DNA of 58,092 nt, counting the filler, from Sphacelaria rigidula (lineage: Eukaryota): the NCBI GenBank assembly GCA_964200075.2. It is 6 parts of 6 records of this genome, joined end to end, with 100 filler letters (N's around TTAATTAATTAA, not from the genome) between each part and the next. Parts side by side here need not be neighbours in the genome. Positions count along the whole stretch, not along the records: positions 48,496 to 58,092 come from CAXNAA020008128.1; 5 more parts are not named here. One strand, given 5' to 3'. This document shows, piece by piece, positions 49,409 to 58,092 of this stretch (positions are counted from its first letter, which is position 1; each line of letters begins with the position of its first letter). The notes beneath the pieces were generated by a model, which saw nothing but the letters and a program-made list of their open reading frames with translations, was not told the DNA's origin and made no database searches. A program made the position numbers and the translations under genes.

Positions 49409-49901
49409 GATTGAAATTCAAACCTTGCAAACGAAATATTCGCACACGAGGAGTTTCCCCTCAATGGCCACGACGATAACAAGGGTATGCGACTGATTCA
49501 CAGTACAAGCTTCGAACCAAAGACAGAAATTGTCTATTGAAGGATACCGGCACATGAGCCTGCGGCAGAATATATCTTCTTTGCTCAGACCCGTCGTCGG
49601 TACACTAGCCCGCACACATGAAGTATATGTTGATAATCCTTCATTGTTCTACGCGAAGTTAGCTTATAAAAACCTTGCACTGTGCACTCCAAAAAATATT
49701 CTGAAAGATTTAAGCTGTTCATTTAGAGATGACGGGCGTGATATCGTCACGAACACCCGCTCCTCCACGGTCGAGATATTCTACGAGCTTATCATAAATA
49801 TTGGTCATTATTTTTTGCCCGGCCACTACTACTACATCGGATGTGCCGGCTGTTGATCGGCGACTCTGGCCAGACTCGATTTCATTTTTGCGAGCTCGGA
49901 G

Positions 49902-52900
49902 ATGATTCCTCTGGTTGCTGCAATTGTGTTGGCGGGGGCAGCGGGAGCTGGTCCTGTGCTAGTGAGTGATGCGTGTGGGGGGGATACAACCGATAACGCA
50001 GACGCAAGATGCGCTGTGGCAGAGGTGGAACGCGTTATGAAGTCCAAGAAGCGTCCGAAAGAACTCAAGGTGTGAGCAGGTTATACTGGATTGTGTGTAA
50101 TAAAAGCACCTATTTGAAGAAGGCTTTGTTTTGCTTGATATAGACGGAGAGTGGGGAAGGTGGAATGTGCTTGCAACGTGGAGCGCGGTCGGACTTCTGT
50201 AATGCAATATCTGTAGGAAGTCAGCGAGTTGTGTTTGTGTGTCCCTGATTTTGAAGCCCGAGGTCATTCTGTCCTCGCGGACTTTCTCGGGAAATAATGA
50301 CACACCTCATCGGGTTGATTGTGCACGGTTTTTTGTGGCATTACATATTGCCACCACGCCCCCCAACCCCACCGCCTCCCACCGGCAGCACTCTCTCTAT
50401 CTATTCTCGTGTGTATATTGACTTGTGAAGGATAGAGTTACCCGCCCTCTCCAGTGCCACAGTTTTACAGCATATCGAAAGTACGCCTTCCTCTGTTGTA
50501 TTCTACTTACAGTACAGTAATTTAGCCAGCGTATGAGCGGGCAGCTATCCTAGAAGTTGAACACTTTTAATTCAACACTTTTCCACCATTAGTGTGGAAA
50601 CTACTCACAGCGGTCGGACTTTGAACGGTCCCACTATGCACGCCACGATGGAAGATGTGATAAGACGCTATTGTGCATTCGCATCATTCGCGCATACGTA
50701 CTCCGAATGTAGTGACTGTACTGCTGCTTGCACCTACTATGCTTTGTATTTCATACGTGTCCTGTTGCACTAGCAGGTTTCAAGTGATGCACCACACTCT
50801 GTACTGCAGTTGTCTTGATGTGCTTTTCCCTACCGCCTTCCCATGCTCATTTCTGTCCTGGTTCTCTCCGTATCGTAAAACCTGTTCAATTGTTCCGCAG
50901 GTTGAGTCGGACGGTAAGCTGTACTCCGTACCTGCCGACGTGGAAATGGTGTCACCTCCATCGAAACCGTTTTTGGAAGTCTGGTGGAAGGTAATTAACT
51001 CACAGTACACGCCCTACCCTCATCACGATTCGAGATTTTGACAGTTTCCCTTGTTTTTGTCGGGGTAGGGCTCGTGCTATTGTTGCACGTTAGGCACAAG
51101 CTGCTATATTTTGTGCAGCATGGTGTAGTACTTAAAGAGCAGAATTGGCCGGCGCTGTTTTCTTTACAGACTCCTGATGCTTTGGTGATATCCAGGTTCC
51201 TGACCTCTCGGACATGATCACCTACTACTCAAGCGGAAGCTTTGTGAGTCCAGTTCAAATAGCACTGAAGATGCTAGTGCATCTGTCGAGTCTCCATTGA
51301 TGGTAACACACGGCAACAACTCCCAATTCGAACGATTGACGATCAACCCGAAGTGTGCAGACCATGACTGGCGAAGTGGACCCACGTGCCATATTTCATC
51401 TGGTCCGCTGGGGGGTTGAAATAGCCTCATTGCGCGCATAGATGGACAACTAAAATCGCTTGTACGTCATGCATCGCATGAGGAACGTGATGCTGACTCA
51501 GGACGTGGGCATCCTGTACGTTCCACGAGCTAACGAGCGTGTTGCTGGCCCCGACCCCATCGACGAGAGCTACATACAGCCCGTGCCGAAAATTTTCCGC
51601 TCAAGGAAATTTCTTGAAATATGTTCAAAGCCGCTCGGCGCCAAGATTGCCCGTATGAATGGCTGAGAAGTATACGTCGATGGTTCACTTATCCCACATC
51701 GCCCTCGTCAGCCAACAACGTGCGCAAACACGTGGTGTTGGAATGTTACGGCAAAGTGACTGACTCACGAAGCCAATAGAGGGACTCGCAGATAGCCGGT
51801 TGTGGCGCACTCAAGCTCGAGGATGATGGTGGGATTAAACGATGAGCAGGGGTAAAAGGAGATTGGTTCTCCATTCAACTCAAATGAGAAAAAAAGACGA
51901 CAGCGCAGAGGTAAATGGTGACGATGCAAGCCTGACGAGAGTTGGGCATGAAGGAGGTCGTGTCGGGCATGGAGCAAGGTTGAGTTGGCACTTTGACCGC
52001 CAGGGAGGCTCATGTGTGAAATTAGCATAGTTTTCACCTCTAAAATAACTTGAAACACCCAGGTGACCCACCTTTGCGGTCAAAGGTGTAAAGCTCTACC
52101 TATTCACCCAAGTAACCGCTTGGACGGAATATGTTCCAATCACCTGGATATACGCAGGACAGAAGCCGTTCGTCCATAAAACGGAAACTTTCTGCTTTCA
52201 TATGCGGCGCGGCGCTACGATTGTCAAACGGTCACACCAACGATAGTTTGTGAGGTAGATGTCGTGGGTTCGTGGGTTCGTGGGTTCGATTTCCGGAAGT
52301 AGATTCATTTTTTCCTGGTTCCAGCCGTCCCCAGACGTGAGAACGAAATATTATACGAGTGTGGAGGTGGGGGGGGCGAAGAAGTCAACAACAGTTCGAC
52401 GGGCCGAGCTCTATTTGCTGTGTACCTTTCACCTTCTTGTTCTACCCTGTGTGCGCCCACTATCCTGACAAGGCGTAAAGGATCTGAGCGGAGGTTTAAG
52501 CGGCGACCACGCTGAATCCACGCTATTTTGTGTAAATTTCTGTACAAGAAAATCCCGGAGGGCACTGTTCTGCCCGTCGTCCTGAAGATAATTCAGTTTC
52601 CAACAGACTTTTTGCGACGTCGGTGAGAGACGACACACTACAGCATCCCGGATGGAGATTTTGTCAACCTCGACAAGCGTCGAGTGGCGAGAACGACCCC
52701 ATGCGCCGTTTCAAGATCATGTTTTTCTGTAAGATGACTGGATCTGTTTTGAGTATTACAAGCCAATCTCGGCCGCCGCTTGGTACAATGGTTCCCGGGG
52801 GAAAAAAACATGAACGAAAAACATAACGCGAGAAGCGTTGTTCTCCGTCACTCGACAAAGTGTTTTTTTTTCTTCTATAAAACTATCACACCCTGGACAA

Positions 52901-55484
52901 TTAATTATATTGTAAAAAAATGTGCTGTGTACAATATGGAATCTATTGTGTGTTATAATAAGCAGGCGCAATAGTCGATACTTTCGTACGCAGTACACTT
53001 TATGACTGTGCACTCCTCTGTCTAGGGTATGGAAACTATATGCGCTGGGTCTGATGTCGTCAATATATTTCAAAACGTCCTTCGCTCACGAGAGGTACGG
53101 AAGTGAAAGGAGTTTGGCCTGGGGAGTTGACCGAACCGAATGGTGCATTCGTGAAGAAGTTTCTCAGCAGCGTCAGAACCGCCAGCAAGCTGAGTACAAA
53201 ACAGTTGGGTATTTCAACGTGCTGAGCTTCGGAATATTTCATCCCAAGTTTTCCCTGCCGCGGCGTCTGGCGGCTGCGGCTGCGGGTTAGACCGCTTACA
53301 CAAAAAGAGAATGCGACAGCGTCGGTATTACGTTTGTCAACCTCGACCGACGTAAACCGACTATCACGATCCTGCACAACTGATGAAATGCCCTAAGGGT
53401 ATGTTTTAGCGCTTTTTGTTTCGATCGAAAAAGTGGGGTCGATTTTTTTGCCGATCTGATAGGCCCACCGCATTGATGTTCCCAGAAGACTTCAACTCAA
53501 CGTTACAATAAGTGACGCGCGGAGAAGAATTATTGACGGAAAAAATAATCATTTTCGATCGAAAACATGCGGTCGAAAGACACGAAGCGGCACTTGACTC
53601 CTATCTCACAGACCATCACGCCAGATGACACCTGTTCACAGGACCATGCAAACTCCATCCCACTCATTTTCAGCTACTACCACGGCAACCCTGCACCATG
53701 AAACACGAGTTAAGCACAGGGATGGATATTCTGCAGTAGTTGGGTATGCTTTGTTTATTTTTTGTTGGCGATCACTTTTGTATCTTCTTTCATGGTGGTG
53801 ATCAGCGGCGGAACTGCGTGGTACAATGGGCAATCGCTTGTGTGCACGCTTATGGACAGTACATGCATTACAAAGCTGAAAGCTGTACATTGCTGAAGTC
53901 CTTTTCGCGTCACACTGTAAGCAGAGAGAACTGTTAGTCCGGGACTGTCTGCACTGCACGTTGCCCGCTTCTCTTCAATATTTTCCTGTACGAAACACGC
54001 ACACACGCACTGAAGACACTGCTTCCAAGCAGTGCAGACAGTACAGACCATCTGTACTGTACACGAGTGACCATGTAACGTTTCACGAATTTCACTGTCT
54101 TTTTTCGATCGAAACCTTGAAAGTCCATCTGGACCCAACTACATCAAAACGAAATTTTTTCGCTCAGATCGATTTCACCGCCCCATTTTTTCGATGGAAA
54201 GAAAAAGGGCCAAGGCCCTGGAGTAGCACACCAGTTCAAGTGCCGTGGAAAGCAAGAATCCCGATCTGATAGGTCGTGATTCCACCATATTCAAAACTAA
54301 CGATGATGGTTGAAATTACGACCTATTTGATAGGGAGTCTTGCTTTCCACGGCACAATTTTGATCGAAAAGTGATGTGCCAAGACAGGGCCTAAGACACG
54401 CCCTTAATCGAATGATATCTACGAAGGGATTCTCCCCCGAGGATCGACGACATTGTCGCCATGGTCTTTCTGGACAGATCTACCTAGTTGAAAACGTGAA
54501 ACCCTTGTCGTGCAGCTTCAACTTCGTCACATCTCCCTCGTACAGAAGGTATTCATCTGTTCCATCAAGCCGCTTGCTCTTTCTTGACAATATGCAAACG
54601 CTGATTGATTCTCTTGTCACTCAACACTCCTGGAATATGATCAAGGCAGGGCTTAAGAGTGGTGGGGGGGGCGGTAACGACACTAGATAACACCTCCGTG
54701 GGAGTTATTGGCCGACACGCGCCGGCGACAGCCGGATGTTTAGTACCACATTATGGGGTACATGAGACAGAAGGGCTTGGAACCGTCCACAGATTTCTCC
54801 CCCTCATGGTGATCACTGGTGCAGTACTCCCAGCTTGAACGCTAGCACACGGCTCAAGTCTGTGTCCTTCTCGCATTTCCCGCCATGTGCTTCCGTTGCT
54901 TCCAAGAGGAGGTGACGGCGCGGCAACGCTACTCGCAGTGCAGTCAGGTTTTCCAGTGTCTTGGAGAACAAGTATCGAATGTGTTCGAAATGCTGGCGCG
55001 ACTGTGCGTGCCCCACTTCGGCTAGCACTCACGAGCTGTGGCACTTTGCCGAGAGGATGGTACCCGCCCATCCAAACCCTCAGACCACCCGGGCCCCTGC
55101 TTGGACCCCAGCGGATGAACTTTTTTTCGCGGTTTGGGAATACTCGTTCTCTGCGATGGGACAGTGCCTACACAAGAAAATCCGTTGCCGCGCACATGCC
55201 CGGGCCTCATCTATATTCGCTCAGATTTCACGGCCAGCGGCATATTACCGTCTCGATGCATTTGGGACAGTATCGGTGACGATGCTGCACCAGCGGCACG
55301 TTTGGTCGTGCCTGTGCAAACAGTTTGAAGGACACAGCAGGATCGTGCATGAGTATGAACAAGAGCGCATCCTTTTCCCACAACCCTGACAAATAGGGTC
55401 GCTGCACGCCTGTTTGGCAGAAGCTAGTGGTAGCAGATAGATTAGACAGACACGTATGGATCCCACCATGTTCCGGGAACCCCG

Positions 55485-55524
<40 letters not shown>

Positions 55525-56940
55525 CATGACTGGTTTTCTTGTACCACTGCTGATCATTTTTTCAACCCGAGGCAGCCCTACCAAACCCTCGCATTAACTC
55601 CAACCTGTAACCCTTTGACCTCCAGGATAGATCATCTGCTGAATCGGCAACAATTTCACTCGAGCATTGAATGCATGACCCAGATAACCTACTCTCGCGG
55701 TGGAGGGGTTAACCCAACAAAATATAAACCGTGCATACCTCGTTCCAATGGGGATATATACTATGTACAGTCACAGTGTCGAGGAGAGGGCTCCTGCGGG
55801 CAGTGGGAGTCGGGCGCCATGAACAAAAAGTCGGATCCCCGGAGATGATGAACCCGCACGGGTTCGATTAGTAAGGCTGGGGACTGACGCAGCCAGCCAG
55901 CACAATGCGTCCCTCCAGGACCTTGGGTCTGCGGCGAACTCCCGCTGGAGGCGCATTTTCACACGATTTGGTTTCGCTAGAAGAAAAAACGATTCGACTT
56001 CACTTGCGGCGCAAATCAATGGGTTTCCCTTGAATAGTGAAGCGATGTAGTGAGACGTTGGTGAAAAAGGGAAGTTCCGGCAGCACTGGCTGCTTTTTTT
56101 TCAGCACCAGAACGCGGGGGGGGGGGGGGGGGGTACCAGTTGCACTGCCAGAGTGTACTGGTCCTGTACCCCAGCCCTACCAACTAGTGATCATGTTGGT
56201 TGTGCGTCGCTTCTGCCATTATAGGTGTCCATGCTGACTTTGGCGTCCATGTATGCCTGCAAAAGCCACCCTCTCCTCATGAAACTAGCGAGACCGTGAG
56301 CGGGTAAAGCTCATATAAAAAACCACCAGCGTTCAAGGGGTTTGAAGGGCAACAGAAGCACTCCCTACTATCCGGTTGTGTTTTCACGATGATGTGCCAC
56401 ATTAAATGGTTTGTTGTAATTTCTGTCTACCATCCCCTTCCCCGTGCGATACTGATTGTGCCCCCAACAGGAATTCTTGCTCAAAGTTGCTGCCCTGATC
56501 AACAGCGAGAAGCAGGAGAAAAAGGTGCCGAGCTCGGAGTCCGCCTGTTTGACAACCGTGGACAGCGTGAGGTAAGACGGCATACACTAGTACATTCCGC
56601 CTTGGGGCGGCACCACGAAAATGGGGTACCCGAGGAAAAGCGTTGTCCGTTGTGCTCAACTGATGGCACGCACGAAGTACAAGCCATTTTTGACGTCGTT
56701 GCGGCGGGCGGTGATGTCACCTTTGGTAGTGTTGTGAAGGTGGACATGTCGAGCTGTATCTAATCTATTGCATAGCTCTTCCAGCACGGAGGTGACCCAT
56801 GCATGCATAGTGTGTAATCAGCGAGCTTCGTTTTCCCATCTCGAGTACTTGTGGATGAATCAGATTGTTGCAGGTACATGACAAAGACATATAGCAAACG
56901 TCTACGGGATATTCTCGCTGGCATTTACACCATTGCGAAG
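49902..56940 (+). CDS. Putative multi-exon gene of unknown function (partial model)
   Basis: Candidate exons 49902-50069 (MIPLVAAIVLAGAAGAG...KRPKELK|gt), 50901-50990, 51196-51243 (all phase 0, AG/GT borders), and 56471-56571 plus 56874-56940 (phase-compatible). Intermediate exons unresolved; no family recognised. Confidence 0.4.
53394..54406. mobile_element. About 1-kb non-autonomous DNA transposon with TAAGGG...CCCTTA termini and repeated TTTCGATCGAAA palindromes
   Basis: Left taagggtatgttttag; right end reverse complement taagggcgtgtcttag. Subterminal tcgatcgaaa or close variants at about 53420, 53553, 54103, 54358; interior similar to 20480-20760. Confidence 0.65.
54240..54355. repeat. 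116-bp hairpin (about 49-bp arms)
   Basis: gtgccgtggaaagcaagaatcccgatctgataggtcgtgattccaccat versus the reverse complement of 54306-54355, gtgccgtggaaagcaagactccctatcaaataggtcgtaatttcaaccat. Confidence 0.85.
55487..55522. repeat. (GT)n microsatellite
   Basis: About 18 GT units; a shorter one at about 57254-57273. Confidence 0.9.
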
Positions 56941-58092
56941 GTTGCAACCATGTTGCATCTCGAAAGCAGGAAGCCGTTCTCGCGCAAGTCTAGGCTGTAT
57001 GCACTCTCACCCCACATGGTTAACAATCTCGATCGCACCTAGTGTATGTGTGAATGCATTCCAATATGACCCCTCGACTGCGCATGTGGCCGGAAGCCGA
57101 CCTGTGGTACGTCATGTTCAAATGCTGGAGGTTTCCGTACATTCTGATGGATGAGCCGGCTCAAAGGGCACTTGGATTCACCACCGACGCAAGATTTGCA
57201 TATAAAAATATATTCATTCTTGATCACGGGTCGTATGGTGCACATGAGCATCATGTGTGTGTGTGTGTGTGTGCGTGCGTTCGCTCCTCCCAGTGTATGC
57301 AAGGTGCCGTGCCTCGCTTTCGTAGTGTGCATGGGTGGGAGCTCATACTCAAGATAGCGTGACCGAAATAGATGAGCCACAATATTTCTTCATGCCTTTT
57401 TTATATTGGGTATGAATGCGTGTGCTGTTGCGCAAGGCCTTTTCCAGCTGAAGCCATGTTGCTTAGGCCGACCGTATCTAGTTTGATTGTTTATTCCTAA
57501 TCTAGTGTCCTTGTCTGCTCCACCTTTCTGTATTCTTCACTGTCCTTCGACGAGTTTATCCGTTTTGTTTTATCTCACGTACGTCCATCATCTGACCAGG
57601 GCTGAATCCCTGGGAAATCAGTGAGTCTGCGACAATCAATCAATTAATCAATCAATCGAATACAGTACTACACGTGTGGATAAAATGCTTCACGTGTTCC
57701 TGTAGTCCCGTATTTCCGGTCCCCCGGACAACTTCCACGATGATCATCCCCCAGGACCAACGACTTGCTAGCTGTCTGGTCCCTTCGAGGGTGTCTCTCT
57801 CCCAAGAATTTTCTTCCTGTGTGTGCTCCATGCTACATCCACGAACCCAGGCACTACAGTTGGAGCACGACCACTGCCCTCACGGTTGCTAGTCGTTCGT
57901 GGTAGCACAATGTTCTCCGAGAAACCAGGCGATTACGTTGGTTGCGTGTGCTGATTACTCCAGTGAACATGAGCATGAACATCATGCTGGCTTGTTTTCG
58001 GTCGTTATTCCCCCCTCTCCCCCCCTCCCCCCCCCCACGAGCCTGGTCCGGCGACAACCCCGCGTGCTCCGTCCCGGCTTTGTAGGGATGCG

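Noticed and set aside
54887-55389. hAT transposase (RWDSAY resembles the TRWNS motif)
   Set aside because: Single short motif with no other transposase features or TIRs.

Overview
Eukaryotic, repeat-rich DNA, most likely from a brown alga (Phaeophyceae). This assignment is inferred from the NB-ARC-TPR gene, the short GT-AG exons and the repeat style. The window is not one locus. It holds six contigs (1-9600, 9701-19300, 19401-28999, 29100-38697, 38798-48395, 48496-58092; lengths 9600, 9600, 9599, 9598, 9598, 9597) joined by an artificial N44-TTAATTAATTAA-N44 linker in decreasing size order, so no synteny can be read across linkers. Host genes: (1) a six-exon gene that the ORF track misses as a unit (10899-14590, +, about 486 aa), encoding a secreted protein with a signal peptide, RXL-type sites, a protamine-like Arg/Gly tract, Pro/Thr stalks, an apparently circularly permuted C2-like domain and 22 PGNGGNG/PGNSGDA heptads; this is the most novel item; (2) an NB-ARC-TPR (NLR-like) gene (32164-36075, -) with an intron-free array of 42-aa TPRs followed by decayed TPR units; (3) exon 1 of a GH1 beta-glucosidase, head-to-head with an unknown multi-exon gene; (4) a probable TFIIIC Tau95/GTF3C5 exon. 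The rest is decayed Ty3/gypsy elements, LINE remnants whose 3' ends abut poly(C), several tRNA-derived SINE families, TIR-bounded MITEs (some nested, one carrying TTAGGG-like repeats) and microsatellites. No CRISPR array, rRNA or genuine tRNA gene was found. All domain calls come from reading motifs by eye; no database search was run.
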